Positions 9,388 to 19,722 of a DNA stretch of 32,000 nucleotides are shown in pieces. The stretch's first letter is position 1. Each line of letters begins with the position of its first letter. The DNA lies in NCBI RefSeq assembly GCF_000092105.1, contig NC_014148.1, positions 2,430,001 to 2,462,000 on the forward strand, in the 5' to 3' direction. Origin of the DNA: Planctopirus limnophila DSM 3776. Lineage in GTDB: Bacteria; Planctomycetota; Planctomycetia; Planctomycetales; Planctomycetaceae. A program made the translations under genes and the position numbers. The notes below the pieces were generated by a model. It was not told the origin of the DNA. It saw only the letters and a program-made list of their open reading frames with translations, and ran no database searches.

Positions 9388-9604
9388 TGACTCCAGAAGG
9401 CTGGAAACCTGAATGTTTTGTAAGACTTCTGTTTGAGTTTTCCTTACTTACACCAACCTGAAGGGAAACTTCAGCTTTTGATCGACGACTTTTTCATAAG
9501 CGACATCGATTCATCTGTTACAATTGATATGACCGCCAGTATCTCACCACGACAGATTAAGAATCCTGAATTCATCGACACCTGTGTGAAAAGAAGGCCA
9601 CAAC

Positions 9605-11083
9605 ATGACAACCACCCTGACTCCGCCTCGAAAGTATGCCGCTCCAGCCATTAAACAGACCAAGCTCCTCATTGGCGGCGAATGGTGCGATGCTGCCGAT
9701 GGCCGAACTTTTGCCACTTACAATCCTGTGAACGAAGAGAAGATCGCGGATGTTGCTCTCGCTGTAAAAGTGGATGTCGATCGCGCTGTAGCCGCCGCTC
9801 GGAAGGCCTTCGAATCGGGACCGTGGCATACCATGGATGCCCGTGATCGCGGCCAACTGATCGGCAAACTGGCAGATCTCATCGAAGCCAACTTTGACGA
9901 GTTGGCCGCTCTCGAAACGCTCGACAATGGCAAGCCAATTCGCGATAGCAGGGGTGCTGATCTTCCGCTGGTGATTGATTGCCTTCGCTACTATGCGGGC
10001 TGGGCCGACAAGATTGTGGGCCAGACAATTCCTGTTCGAGGTGAATACTTCACCTACACCCGCCGTGAACCGACTGGCGTCTGCGGACAGATCATTCCGT
10101 GGAACTTTCCCATGCTGATGGTTGCCTGGAAGTGGGGCCCTGCGCTCGCCGCCGGCTGCACCATCGTCATGAAACCTGCCGAGCAAACACCTCTCACATG
10201 CCTCCGCTTGGCTGAACTCGCGATGGAAGCTGGCTTTCCCCCCGGTGTGATCAACGTCGTCACTGGCTTTGGTGAAACGGGGGCCGCCATCGTCAAGCAC
10301 CCCGATGTCGACAAGATTGCCTTCACCGGGTCCGGCGAAACAGCCCAGCGGATCATGGTCGACGCCGCTACCACACTGAAACGAATCACTTTTGAACTGG
10401 GCGGCAAGAGCCCGAACATCGTCTTCGCCGACGCGAACCTCGATGCCGCTGTCGCCGGAGCGGAGTTCGGCCTCTTCTTCAACCAGGGGCAGTGCTGCTG
10501 TGCGGGCAGCCGGTTGTTCGTGGAAAAATCAATCCACGAGGAGTTCGTCGCTAAGGTTGTTTCCCGTGCGAAGGCCCGCAAACTGGGAAATCCACTTGAG
10601 ATGGAGACCACTCAAGGGCCGCAGGTCGACCGCGATCAATTCGACAAGATCATGAAATATATCGAACTCGGCAAATCGCAGGGGGCCACCTGCGTCACCG
10701 GCGGCCACCGCGTGGGCGAGAGTGGCTTCTTCGTTGCGCCGACCGTTTTCGACGATGTCACCGACGACATGGCCATTGCGACCGATGAAATCTTTGGGCC
10801 AGTGCTCAGCATTCTGCCCTTTGAATCCATCGAGGAAGTGACTCGTCGCGCCAATGCCACCACGTTTGGTCTGGCGGCTGCCGTCTGGACGCGGGATGTC
10901 GCCAAAGCGCACCGCATTGCCCATAACGTGCGGGCAGGAACCGTCTGGATCAACTGCTACGATGTTTTTGACGCCGCTGCCCCATTCGGCGGCTTCAAAA
11001 TGAGCGGCATGGGGCGCGAACTCGGCGAAGCGGCCCTCGCCAGCTACACGGAACTCAAAACGGTCACCATGTCCCTGAAGTGA
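9605..11083 (+). CDS. NAD(P)+-dependent aldehyde dehydrogenase
   Basis: 492 aa with classic ALDH motifs: FTGSGETAQ, catalytic Glu box ELGGKSP, catalytic Cys box [12 protein letters not shown] and EIFGPV. Confidence 0.95.
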   Translation: MTTTLTPPRKYAAPAIKQTKLLIGGEWCDAADGRTFATYNPVNEEKIADVALAVKVDVDRAVAAARKAFESGPWHTMDARDRGQLIGKLADLIEANFDELAALETLDNGKPIRDSRGADLPLVIDCLRYYAGWADKIVGQTIPVRGEYFTYTRREPTGVCGQIIPWNFPMLMVAWKWGPALAAGCTIVMKPAEQTPLTCLRLAELAMEAGFPPGVINVVTGFGETGAAIVKHPDVDKIAFTGSGETAQRIMVDAATTLKRITFELGGKSPNIVFADANLDAAVAGAEFGLFFNQGQCCCAGSRLFVEKSIHEEFVAKVVSRAKARKLGNPLEMETTQGPQVDRDQFDKIMKYIELGKSQGATCVTGGHRVGESGFFVAPTVFDDVTDDMAIATDEIFGPVLSILPFESIEEVTRRANATTFGLAAAVWTRDVAKAHRIAHNVRAGTVWINCYDVFDAAAPFGGFKMSGMGRELGEAALASYTELKTVTMSLK

Positions 11084-11286
11084 TCCGTCCAGGTGGTATC
11101 AAAGTAGATTCGGACAGAACAACTTTAAGGTCCGTCTCTTCTTGCCACTTACAACTATCAACCATCCACTCACAACCAGCAAAGACAGCCTCACCATTGA
11201 CGACAGCCCGCCAACAGTTATCCTTGCAACTGCAGTGAAGGAGAAAAGCCCTGAGCAAGTTTGTCTTTTTTCACTGTGACCGAACC

Positions 11287-11644
11287 GGGGGCGATCGGAA
11301 TCGACTGGATCGTTATACGGAATGGTGGCGTGTCGTGGTTGATCAGACGGCCACGTAAAAATCTGATCAAACAACAACTGCCAACACTGGCAACTACGCT
11401 CTGGCTGCCTAGAGATAGGTAACCGCGACTGCGAAAGCCCCGCCCATGGCGTTCAAAAGTCGTTCGCAAATACGGGCTGGCTGCGGGTCAATGCGACCTA
11501 CGCCCGCAGCAAGATTTGTGGGACGCTGGCACTAGAGAAGCCTTGTCCGGCGAGCTTCGAGGTGTGAGATTGATCAACGGACTACACACGTAGAGGCTGT
11601 TCCCGCGGCATCACAGGACGGGGGTTCAATTCCCCCCGCCTCCA
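11287..11644 (+). ncRNA. ssrA: tmRNA (transfer-messenger RNA)
   Basis: - The 5' GGGGGCG pairs with the 3' CGCCUCC, including the G3:U alanine identity pair, followed by discriminator A.
- The 5' end gggggcgatcggaatcgac resembles the canonical GGGGCUGAUUCUGGAUUCGAC.
- The T-arm is ggggg-ttcaatt-ccccc.
- A cacguaaaaa element precedes the tag ORF.
- The tag frame GCC AAC ACT GGC AAC TAC GCT CTG GCT GCC TAG (11380-11412) encodes ANTGNYALAA.
- CCA is not encoded. Confidence 0.9.
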
Positions 11645-11647
11645 TAG

Positions 11648-11679
11648 GTCGTCAGGTGAGTCACCTGACGACTTTTTTT
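11648..11679 (+). terminator. Rho-independent terminator of ssrA
   Basis: A perfect 12-bp stem, gtcgtcaggtga (11648-11659) with tcacctgacgac (11661-11672), is followed by TTTTTTT (11673-11679). Confidence 0.85.
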
Positions 11680-11681
11680 GT

Positions 11682-12188
11682 TCATGAGCGCCACACGTGA
11701 CAAACTGCAAGACTTTGCGTCATGGCTGCCTGCCCCGTCTTGTTGGCGGAAAGTGTCAGGCTGTGCCAGTGATTGCTGCTGAAAGTCACCCGAAACACTG
11801 CCAAAACACTGACAACGGTTTTGCAGATGACCAACCGCCTTTGCCTGGTCAGAGAACTGTCTTCAGCTTTCCACTCGATGGTGACATTCCGCTTGAAAGC
11901 TGGCCAGGTCTGCCAGTTGGAGGGCAGTTTCTCCGTTTCCTGACAGGCGAAGAAATCGGGTTCGTCCCGGACGATACTCCGGATGTCGTAACTGATCGGT
12001 GGAGCCAGCAGCAGTCGTTGTGACTGCCTGGTGGCGACGTCACTCGACTCACCGGCAATCCACTTCTGGAATTCTGTCTGAAAGAAGTTTCGGGCAGCGG
12101 CTTCGGTCCCGACGGGATTCGTCGAACAGCCCACCATGAGAGTCATCACCAACAGCCACGCACTTTGCCATTTCATCACGGACGTCAT
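11682..12188 (-). CDS. Putative lipoprotein, unknown function
   Basis: 168 aa with a signal peptide and lipobox (LLVMTLMVG-C-STN). The C-terminal 40 aa look compositionally odd. The stop abuts the ssrA terminator hairpin. Confidence 0.55.
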   Translation of the reverse strand: MTSVMKWQSAWLLVMTLMVGCSTNPVGTEAAARNFFQTEFQKWIAGESSDVATRQSQRLLLAPPISYDIRSIVRDEPDFFACQETEKLPSNWQTWPAFKRNVTIEWKAEDSSLTRQRRLVICKTVVSVLAVFRVTFSSNHWHSLTLSANKTGQAAMTQSLAVCHVWRS

Positions 12189-12332
12189 TCGGATCAGGGG
12201 AATACGGCGGGGAGTGATCCGCGATCACAGGCCCATCAGCTTTGCTCCACCTGATACCCGAGGAACCAGACAGACACGGGTCAGACGCCTCGATCCGACT
12301 TGGGAGTGAGACAAGATGTGTTTGGGACAATC

Positions 12333-12380
12333 TTGACACAAATTTGATAACTCTCGGTCCTCTTTTGACCCCCATTTGAT
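12333..12380 (+). promoter_or_regulatory. 16-bp direct repeat upstream of the kdp operon (candidate KdpE operator / promoter element)
   Basis: ttgacacaaatttgat (12333-12348) and ttgacccccatttgat (12365-12380) are 13/16 identical with starts 32 bp apart. Each unit contains two TTGA-like hexamers about 10 bp apart, and both units are preceded by tctt. The second repeat ends 52 nt before the first ATG of the kdp leader ORF. Confidence 0.3.
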
Positions 12381-12431
12381 GTGACATCTGATTCAATTCA
12401 TTCGATGAAACCCATCGAGGAGGAATCAGAC

Positions 12432-12524
12432 ATGGACATCGTATGGCTCCTGGCCGGGGTCGCCTTCTTTGTCGGCTCGTGCGGCCTTGTGCATTTCTTC
12501 GGCAGCCTAAGGGCGGAGGACTAG
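12432..12524 (+). CDS. 30-aa hydrophobic peptide upstream of kdpF (unknown; possible extra Kdp-associated peptide)
   Basis: ATG is preceded by GAGGAGGA with a 7-nt spacer. Translation is MDIVWLLAGVAFFVGSCGLVHFFGSLRAED, a single TM helix. It lacks the KdpF C-terminal PE(K/R)F motif. Confidence 0.45.
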   Translation: MDIVWLLAGVAFFVGSCGLVHFFGSLRAED

Positions 12525-12526
12525 CT

Positions 12527-12619
12527 GTGGACTGGACAACAATTCTCGCTCTCGTCGTGGCGGTCGTGCTGGTGATTTACCTCTCGGCTGCTCTGCTCGC
12601 ACCGGAGAAGTTCTCATGA
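12527..12619 (+). CDS. kdpF: Potassium-transporting ATPase subunit F
   Basis: GTG start is preceded by GGAGGA with a 6-nt spacer. Translation is (M)[29 protein letters not shown], with the KdpF-like ...YL..ALL.PEKF ending. Its stop overlaps the kdpA start (ATGA). Confidence 0.7.
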   Translation: MDWTTILALVVAVVLVIYLSAALLAPEKFS

Positions 12620-14364
12620 CATCCAACGGACTTGTGCAACTGGCAATCTATCTCGGAGTTCTTCTGGCCTGCGTGAAGCCCCTGGGCTTTTACATGGCCA
12701 GGGTATATTCCGGGTCGGCAACCTTTCTTGACCGCTTCATCGGACCACTGGAACGACTGCTGTATCGACTCTGCGGCATCGACAAATCCGCCGAGATGAC
12801 TTGGCGCCAGTATTCAGTGGCAGCGATGTCCTTCAGTCTGGTGAGCTTCCTTGCGGTCTACGCTTTTCAGCGAACGCAAGGTTGGCTGCCGCTCAACCCT
12901 GAATCGCTGCCTGCCGTCTCGCCTGATTCATCGTTTAATACGGCGGTGAGCTTCACGACGAACACGAACTGGCAGGGATACGGCGGCGAGACCACGATGA
13001 GCTACCTCACGCAGATGCTGGCCCTCACCGTGCAGAATTTCGTTTCGGCGGCAGCTGGCATGGCCGTGCTGGTCGCTCTGATTCGGGGCTTTACCCGGCA
13101 CACAACGGAAACTATCGGCAACTTCTGGGTCGATCTCGTGCGTGGAACGCTCTACATCCTGCTACCGCTGTCGCTGTTTTTGGCCGTCGCACTCGTTTCG
13201 CAGGGAGTCGTGCAGACTTTCAACTCGTATCACGAAGTCGCGTTTCTTGAACCGACCGTTGATGCCGAAGGTCATGCCGTCACCACACAGAGCATCGCTG
13301 TCGGTCCAGCCGCTTCGCAAATTGCGATCAAACAGCTTGGCACTAATGGCGGCGGATTCTTCAACGTGAATTCGGCCCACCCGTTGGAGAACCCCACGCC
13401 GCTCTCAAACTTCCTTCAATTGTTAGCTATTCTGCTGATTCCTGCCGCCCTGTGCTACACGTTCGGCGAGATGATTGGCGACCGCCGCCAGGGTTGGGCA
13501 GTACTGGCGGCGATGCTGGTGATCTTCGTTCCGCTGCTGGCGGCCACGACGATCACTGAACAGTCGGGAAACCCGATCCTCGCCCGCCTGGGGGCCGACC
13601 AGTCGGCATCCGATTCACAGCCGGGTGGAAACATGGAGGGAAAAGAATCCCGCTTTGGAATTGTGAACTCGTCGCTGTGGGCGGTGGCAACGACTGCTGC
13701 TTCGAACGGTTCCGTGAACTCGATGCATGACTCCTTCACGCCCCTGGGAGGTCTTGTACCGATGTGGCTGATGCAGTTGGGCGAAGTGATCTTCGGTGGC
13801 GTCGGCTCCGGCCTCTACGGCTTATTGATGTTCGCCATTGTCGCTGTTTTCCTCTCCGGCCTGATGGTCGGACGCACGCCGGAATATCTCGGCAAGAAGA
13901 TTGGCGCCTTCGAAATGAAAATGGCTGCTCTGGCAATCCTGTTTCCCTGTGCGATGGTGCTTGTGGGAACGGCGGTGTCCGTCGTCTCGGCGTCTGGTCG
14001 AGCGACGATCTTCAACCCTGGTCCACATGGTTTCAGCGAAGTGCTGTACGCCTTCTCGTCAGCAGGGAACAACAACGGCAGTGCCTTTGCGGGACTGGGA
14101 GCGAACACGCCGTTCTACAACGGCCTTCTGGGCCTGGCGATGCTCGTCGGGCGGTTCTGGGTGATGCTGCCGGTCCTGGCGATTGCCGGTTCGCTGGCGG
14201 CGAAGAAGACCGTGCCTGCTGGGCCGGGAACTTTACCAACACACACGCCGCTGTTTGTTGTCCTGCTGGTGGCCGTGGTGATCGTGGTGGGAGCCTTGAG
14301 CTTCTTCCCAGCCCTGGCTCTAGGGCCAATTGTCGAGCACCTGCTAACGGCGAACCAGGAGTAA
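12616..14364 (+). CDS. kdpA: Potassium-transporting ATPase subunit A
   Basis: 582-aa polytopic protein with a KdpA-typical N-terminus and selectivity-filter-like motifs ([39 protein letters not shown]). It sits in the canonical position between kdpF and kdpB. Confidence 0.97.
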   Translation: MTSNGLVQLAIYLGVLLACVKPLGFYMARVYSGSATFLDRFIGPLERLLYRLCGIDKSAEMTWRQYSVAAMSFSLVSFLAVYAFQRTQGWLPLNPESLPAVSPDSSFNTAVSFTTNTNWQGYGGETTMSYLTQMLALTVQNFVSAAAGMAVLVALIRGFTRHTTETIGNFWVDLVRGTLYILLPLSLFLAVALVSQGVVQTFNSYHEVAFLEPTVDAEGHAVTTQSIAVGPAASQIAIKQLGTNGGGFFNVNSAHPLENPTPLSNFLQLLAILLIPAALCYTFGEMIGDRRQGWAVLAAMLVIFVPLLAATTITEQSGNPILARLGADQSASDSQPGGNMEGKESRFGIVNSSLWAVATTAASNGSVNSMHDSFTPLGGLVPMWLMQLGEVIFGGVGSGLYGLLMFAIVAVFLSGLMVGRTPEYLGKKIGAFEMKMAALAILFPCAMVLVGTAVSVVSASGRATIFNPGPHGFSEVLYAFSSAGNNNGSAFAGLGANTPFYNGLLGLAMLVGRFWVMLPVLAIAGSLAAKKTVPAGPGTLPTHTPLFVVLLVAVVIVVGALSFFPALALGPIVEHLLTANQE

Positions 14365-14369
14365 TCATC

Positions 14370-16433
14370 ATGACCAAAACATCAACAACACTGTTTGATC
14401 GCAAAATTCTCAGTGATGCCGTCAGGGCGTCGTTCTTGAAGCTCGATCCCCGTGTGCAGCTTCGCAATCCGGTGATGTTCGCCGTCTACCTGGGCAGCAT
14501 CCTGACAACGATTCTGTGGCTGAACTCGCTGAGCGGATCGACCGGCGAATCATCAACCTTCGTGCTTGGCGTGGCCGTGTGGCTATGGTTCACCGTGCTG
14601 TTTGCCAACTTCGCTGAGGCCATCGCTGAAGGCCATGGCAAGGCCCAGGCGGCTTCTCTCAAGAAGAGTCGCACAACGGTCATAGCCCGCAAGATCGCCA
14701 ATAAGGCAGATCGGATCACCGAAGAAGTTCCGGCGACCGACCTCAAGATCGGCGACATCGTGATTGTCAAAGCGGGCGAAACGATACCGGCGGACGGCGA
14801 AGTCATTGAGGGAGTCGCCTCGGTCGATGAGAGTGCCATCACTGGCGAAAGTGCTCCGGTTGTGCGAGAGAGCGGCGGCGACCGCAGTTCGGTGACCGGA
14901 GGGACACGAGTGATTTCTGACTGGCTTATTATCCAGGTGAGGACGCTCCCCGGCCAAAGTTTTCTCGACCGTATGATTGCGATGGTCGAAGGTGCCAAGC
15001 GGCAGAAAACTCCCAACGAGATCGCCCTCGCAATTCTGTTAGCCGCCCTGACCCTGATCTTTCTGCTCGTGGTGGCCACGCTGCTCCCCTTTTCGATCTT
15101 CAGTGTTGAAGTTTCCGGCCAGGGAAGGGCAATCAGTCTCACGGTGCTGGTGGCTCTCTTCGTGTGCCTTGCACCCACCACCATCGGGGCGTTGCTGTCC
15201 GCCATTGGCATTGCCGGAATGAATCGCCTCAGTCAGGCGAATGTCATCGCCATGTCGGGCAGGGCGGTCGAAGCGGCGGGTGACGTGGATGTGCTGCTGC
15301 TCGACAAGACAGGCACGATCACGCTCGGCAACCGTCAGGCGACTCGCTTCATTCCGGCGTCGGTAACCACCGAGAAGGAACTGGCCGACGCAGCCCATTT
15401 GGCATCGTTGGCGGACGAAACCGCCGAAGGACGCAGCATCGCTGTTCTGGCAAAGAAGCAGTTCGGTCTGCGAGGCCGGGAATTGGAACAGATCCGGCCG
15501 CACTTCGTTCCGTTCTCGGCTCGGACTCGGATGAGCGGCGTGACGCTCGATGGCCATTCGATTCGTAAAGGGGCCGCCGAAGCTGTCGAGACGCACGTGA
15601 GAAGCCTTGGCGGATTCCTGCCGGAAGATGTCCGAGGTGCCGTTCAGGAGATCGCCAAGTCCGGTGGGACGCCGCTGGTCGTCAGCCGGGACGACAAAGT
15701 GCTTGGTGTGATCGAACTTAAGGACATTGTGAAAGGGGGCATCAAGGAGCGGTTCGCAGAACTGCGGCAGATGGGGATCAAAACCGTGATGATCACGGGC
15801 GACAATCCCTTGACTGCCGCCGCCATTGCCGCCGAGGCGGGCGTGGATGATTTTCTGGCCGAGGCGACTCCCGAAGCCAAGCTGTCACTCATCCGGGATT
15901 ACCAGAAGGGCGGACGCCTTGTGGCGATGACCGGCGACGGCACGAACGACGCACCGGCTCTGGCTCAGGCCGACGTGGCGGTCGCCATGAACAGCGGCAC
16001 GCAGGCTGCCAAGGAAGCCGGGAACATGGTCGATCTTGACTCCAATCCTACGAAACTGATCGAGATCGTGAACATCGGCAAGCAGCTGTTAATGACTCGC
16101 GGCTCACTGACAACGTTCAGCATCGCTAACGACGTCGCCAAGTATTTTGCGATTCTTCCGGCGGCATTCGCAGCGACTTATCCGGCCCTCAAGGCGTTAG
16201 ACCTGATGCGATTGTCGTCTCCTTCCAGTGCCATCCTTTCGGCGGTCATTTTCAACGCTTTAATCATCATCGCCCTGGTGCCGCTAGCGTTGAAGGGTGT
16301 GGCCTACCGACCGGTGGGAGCGGCTCAACTGCTTCGCAATAATCTGCTCATTTACGGTGTGGGTGGATTGATTGTGCCGTTCATTGGCATCAAATCCATT
16401 GACATGCTGCTGTCCGCCGTGGGCTTGGCATAA
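14370..16433 (+). CDS. kdpB: Potassium-transporting P-type ATPase subunit B
   Basis: The true start is ATG 14370 ([14 protein letters not shown]), 6 nt after the kdpA stop, giving 687 aa. It carries the P-type motifs DKTGTIT, MITGDN and [12 protein letters not shown]. The track's 889-aa version is an out-of-frame upstream extension across kdpA. Confidence 0.97.
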   Translation: MTKTSTTLFDRKILSDAVRASFLKLDPRVQLRNPVMFAVYLGSILTTILWLNSLSGSTGESSTFVLGVAVWLWFTVLFANFAEAIAEGHGKAQAASLKKSRTTVIARKIANKADRITEEVPATDLKIGDIVIVKAGETIPADGEVIEGVASVDESAITGESAPVVRESGGDRSSVTGGTRVISDWLIIQVRTLPGQSFLDRMIAMVEGAKRQKTPNEIALAILLAALTLIFLLVVATLLPFSIFSVEVSGQGRAISLTVLVALFVCLAPTTIGALLSAIGIAGMNRLSQANVIAMSGRAVEAAGDVDVLLLDKTGTITLGNRQATRFIPASVTTEKELADAAHLASLADETAEGRSIAVLAKKQFGLRGRELEQIRPHFVPFSARTRMSGVTLDGHSIRKGAAEAVETHVRSLGGFLPEDVRGAVQEIAKSGGTPLVVSRDDKVLGVIELKDIVKGGIKERFAELRQMGIKTVMITGDNPLTAAAIAAEAGVDDFLAEATPEAKLSLIRDYQKGGRLVAMTGDGTNDAPALAQADVAVAMNSGTQAAKEAGNMVDLDSNPTKLIEIVNIGKQLLMTRGSLTTFSIANDVAKYFAILPAAFAATYPALKALDLMRLSSPSSAILSAVIFNALIIIALVPLALKGVAYRPVGAAQLLRNNLLIYGVGGLIVPFIGIKSIDMLLSAVGLA

Positions 16434-16446
16434 GGAGAGAGAAAAC

Positions 16447-17022
16447 ATGCTTCAACAACTTCGCACGGCGACACTCGTACTGATCGCTATGACCATTCTC
16501 ACTGGCGGTGTCTATCCACTGGTGGTAACTATCGTCGCTCAAGTGGCGTTTCCGAGGCAGGCCAACGGCAGCCTGATTCAACAAGGAGAGCAAATCACTG
16601 GTTCAGAACTGATCGGGCAGCCGTTTTCTCGCCCCGTATACTTTTGGGGAAGGCTCTCGGCGACTGGTCCTCACCCTTACAACGCAGCGGCATCCAGCGG
16701 TTCCAATTTCGGCCCGTTACATCCGGGGCTCAAAGAAACTGCCGAAGATCGCATTCTGGCCCTGCACGCGGCAGGTTCTTCGGGCAAAGTGGTTCCGGTC
16801 GATCTCGTGACCGCCTCCGGGAGCGGACTCGATCCTCACATCTCTCCGGCGGCAGCCGAGTTCCAGGTGCCAAGAATCGCCGCAGCGAGGAAAATGTCGG
16901 AAGGAGCCGTGCGTGACCTCGTCTCCCAATATACAGAAGGCCGACAACTTGGAATCCTTGGGGAGTCTCGTGTGAATGTACTGCGACTGAATCTTGCTTT
17001 GGATCAACGTCAGGGAAATTGA
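16447..17022 (+). CDS. kdpC: Potassium-transporting ATPase subunit C
   Basis: Start ATG 16447 (MLQQLRTATLVLIAMTILTGGVYP), 191 aa, with conserved SGSGLDPHISPAAA. Confidence 0.95.
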   Translation: MLQQLRTATLVLIAMTILTGGVYPLVVTIVAQVAFPRQANGSLIQQGEQITGSELIGQPFSRPVYFWGRLSATGPHPYNAAASSGSNFGPLHPGLKETAEDRILALHAAGSSGKVVPVDLVTASGSGLDPHISPAAAEFQVPRIAAARKMSEGAVRDLVSQYTEGRQLGILGESRVNVLRLNLALDQRQGN

Positions 17023-17030
17023 GGCCGTCT

Positions 17031-19718
17031 ATGCCTGATGCTCGTCCCAATCCTGATGATCTGCTGGCCAAGGTGCAGGCCGAAGATACTGAGTCCACGC
17101 GTGGCTCGCTCAAAGTATTCTTCGGCTACGCTGCCGGTGTCGGGAAAACTTATACGATGCTGGAAAATGCTCAGCGAGCGAAAGCGGCTGGGCGTGAGGT
17201 CGTCGTCGGTTATGTTGAACCACACGGTCGCCCGGAAACGGAGGCATTGCTCGCTGGTCTCGAAGTCCTTCCGCTGCGTGAGTTTGAGTATCGTGGCGTG
17301 AGGCTGCGAGACTTTGATGTCGATGCCGCTCTGGCTCGAAATCCCGACCTGCTGTTGGTAGACGAACTCGCCCATACGAACGCGGTCGGCTGTCGCCATG
17401 AGAAACGCTGGCAGGATGTCGAAGAGCTTCTCGAAGCCGGGATCAATGTCTGGACAACGCTGAATGTTCAGCACATTGAGAGCCTGAATGACGTCATCGG
17501 CCAGATCACGGGCGTCACCGTGCGAGAGACGGTTCCCGACCGGGCGTTTGATCTGGCGGACGATCTGGAACTTGTCGACATCACACCAGAAGAATTGCTA
17601 CACCGACTCAAGGCAGGCAAAGTCTACGTTCCCGATCAGGCTCAACGAGCGATTCAAAGCTTCTTCCAGAAGTCGAACCTTACCGCACTTCGGGAACTTT
17701 CGCTGCGACAGGCGGCTCGACGCATTCACACCGATGTTGAGTCGGCTCGGCGAGAGAAGGCGGCAATCCAGCCGTGGGCCACTGCCGAGCGGCTGCTGGT
17801 CTGCGTGGGGCCGAGCCCCACGACCGCACGTGTCATTCGCACCGCTCGACGGATGGCGGCGGCTCTCGATGCACCTTGGCTGGCGGTTTCTGTTGATCTC
17901 ACCGGCGAACCAGCGAGCAGTCCTCGAAAGCAGCAGGTCAGCCAGCATTTCCGCCTCGCCGAACGCCTGGGAGCGGAAACGGTCACATTGGCTGGGCAGA
18001 ACGTCTCGGAAACGATTCTCGACTATGCGCGTTCTCGCAACGTCACCAAGATACTGATCGGCAAGACGAATCAGCCTCGCTGGCGGCGACTGCTCGCTGG
18101 CACCGTCGTGGATGACTTGCTTGAAAAGAGCGGCGACATCGACGTGTATGTCATTCGCGGCGAGGAAGAGAAAACAGCACACGCTCCCGCCCGAACAGCA
18201 TCGACTACTCAAAAGCTCCCGTACTTCTGGGCGGTTGGACTCGTCAGTCTGACCGGGTTGCTCGCTTACGGACTTCGCTTTCTGCATCTCGCTGATGCGG
18301 AAGCAAACACAGTGATGTTATTCCTGGCGGCAGTCGCCTGGACTGCCTTCCGTTATGGCCGGGGGCCAGCCGTGTTTGCGAGCGTGCTGGCCGTGCTGGT
18401 TTTCGATTTCTTCTTCGTCGCACCGTTCCACACCTTCGCCGTCGCCGATACGCAGTATGTTGTTACGTTTGCGGTCATGCTGACCATCGGGCTGGTGATC
18501 AGCACGCTGACATCTCGACTCCGGGCACAGATCGAGAACACTCGCCTGCGAGAGCGACGGACTTCTTCGCTTTACGAACTAGGCAAGCAACTGAGTTCTT
18601 TGTACGGGAATGTGTTTCTCGTCGGAGCGGCAGGTGGCAAGGTCGCCGAGATGGTGGGCGGTGAAGTGGCGATCTACTTACGTCAGCCATCCGGCCCGCC
18701 CGAACTCGCTTTCGGGCATGACACCACAATTGTCAAGCATTCAGTGAGTCTACCCGTGGCACAGTGGGTCATTGAACATGATCAACTTGCAGGGGCCGGT
18801 ACGAATACACTTCCCAATGCCGCGGCCCTGTTCTTCCCTTTGACCGGCTCACAAGGCACACACGGTGCGATTGCTATTCGAGTGCCGGACACCGAGCGAT
18901 TGCTCGACCCCGAATTCCGCCGTCTTCTGGATGCGTGTGCCAATCAACTGGCGTTGGCACTGGAACGAGACCAACTCGCTATCGAGGCCGCAAACGCTCG
19001 CATTCAGGCGGAAGCCGAACAAGTCCGGAGCAGCCTGCTCAGTAGCGTGTCTCACGACCTCAAAACTCCCCTGGCAGCCATTGCCGGGGCCAGCAGCAGC
19101 TTGTTGGAAGCCACGTCGCTGGACGAAGAGACACGCCGTCAGTTGCTCGAGACCGTGGCCGATGAAGCGGCACGTCTGAATCGTCTCCTCGAAAACATCC
19201 TTCAGATGTCGAAGCTGGATGCAGGGGCAGCAGTTCCCCTTTGCCAATGGCACGTCTTGGAAGAACTGGTTGGCTCGGCACTCCATCGCACTCGTCGTGA
19301 ACTGGCCCAGCATGACGTTGCTGTCCAACTCTCAAGCGAACTGCCGCTCTTGTACGTTGATGGACTGCTTATGGAACAGGTGTTTGTCAATCTTTTCGAG
19401 AATGCGGCACGTTATACACCGGAGGGAACGAAAGTGACAATCCGGGCGGCGCTCGATGGTGATCACGTGCGGATCGGTATTTCGGATAACGGGCCGGGAC
19501 TGCCTGCCGGTGCCGAGGAGCGAATCTTCGACAAGTTCTATCGAGCGTCTCCAACGGCTGATGGTGGTCGAGGCAGTGGTCTTGGACTCGCCATCTGCCG
19601 GGCTATTATCAAGGCCCACGGCGGCACTCTCGTCGCTGCCAACCGACCCGGTGGCGGTGCCGAATTCGTGATCCGTTTACCGGTTTCGAAGGATGCACCG
19701 CAAGTCATGGTAGAATAG
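17031..19718 (+). CDS. kdpD: Sensor histidine kinase KdpD
   Basis: It has the N-terminal KdpD domain with P-loop GYAAGVGKTYTML, a Usp-like region, four TM helices, a GAF-like region, the H-box SHDLKTPL and N/G boxes (NLFENAARYT, DNGPGL, GSGLGLAI). The track start at 17019 is a TTG. The ATG at 17031 is preferred, but the start is uncertain by 4 codons. Confidence 0.95.
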   Translation: MPDARPNPDDLLAKVQAEDTESTRGSLKVFFGYAAGVGKTYTMLENAQRAKAAGREVVVGYVEPHGRPETEALLAGLEVLPLREFEYRGVRLRDFDVDAALARNPDLLLVDELAHTNAVGCRHEKRWQDVEELLEAGINVWTTLNVQHIESLNDVIGQITGVTVRETVPDRAFDLADDLELVDITPEELLHRLKAGKVYVPDQAQRAIQSFFQKSNLTALRELSLRQAARRIHTDVESARREKAAIQPWATAERLLVCVGPSPTTARVIRTARRMAAALDAPWLAVSVDLTGEPASSPRKQQVSQHFRLAERLGAETVTLAGQNVSETILDYARSRNVTKILIGKTNQPRWRRLLAGTVVDDLLEKSGDIDVYVIRGEEEKTAHAPARTASTTQKLPYFWAVGLVSLTGLLAYGLRFLHLADAEANTVMLFLAAVAWTAFRYGRGPAVFASVLAVLVFDFFFVAPFHTFAVADTQYVVTFAVMLTIGLVISTLTSRLRAQIENTRLRERRTSSLYELGKQLSSLYGNVFLVGAAGGKVAEMVGGEVAIYLRQPSGPPELAFGHDTTIVKHSVSLPVAQWVIEHDQLAGAGTNTLPNAAALFFPLTGSQGTHGAIAIRVPDTERLLDPEFRRLLDACANQLALALERDQLAIEAANARIQAEAEQVRSSLLSSVSHDLKTPLAAIAGASSSLLEATSLDEETRRQLLETVADEAARLNRLLENILQMSKLDAGAAVPLCQWHVLEELVGSALHRTRRELAQHDVAVQLSSELPLLYVDGLLMEQVFVNLFENAARYTPEGTKVTIRAALDGDHVRIGISDNGPGLPAGAEERIFDKFYRASPTADGGRGSGLGLAICRAIIKAHGGTLVAANRPGGGAEFVIRLPVSKDAPQVMVE

Positions 19719-19722
19719 AGCA

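Noticed and set aside
9458-9481. The hairpin ctgaag-ggaaa-cttcag followed by cttttg, considered as a terminator
   Set aside because: The stem is a weak 6 bp with a poor U-tract. It sits in a divergent promoter region with no upstream gene on that strand to terminate.
11064-11469. Minus-strand ORFs 11064..11258, 11099..11377 and 11218..11469
   Set aside because: They lie antisense to the tmRNA gene and its upstream region. The tmRNA assignment explains the conservation-like structure here.
13764-14369. The 202-codon N-terminal extension of the track's 889-aa kdpB ORF, overlapping kdpA in another frame
   Set aside because: The extension is Arg/Gly/Cys-rich nonsense lying entirely inside the well-supported kdpA frame. 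A canonical KdpB N-terminus starts at ATG 14370, just after the kdpA stop. Long alternative-frame ORFs are expected in GC-rich coding DNA.
12616-19718. Numerous antisense and alternative-frame ORFs across the kdp genes (for example 14486..15211, 15039..15596, 17598..18287, 18849..19328, 14033..14467)
   Set aside because: All are embedded in strongly supported kdpA/B/C/D frames. Their composition is biased toward Arg/Ser/Pro/Ala, typical of shadow ORFs, and they carry no recognisable motifs.
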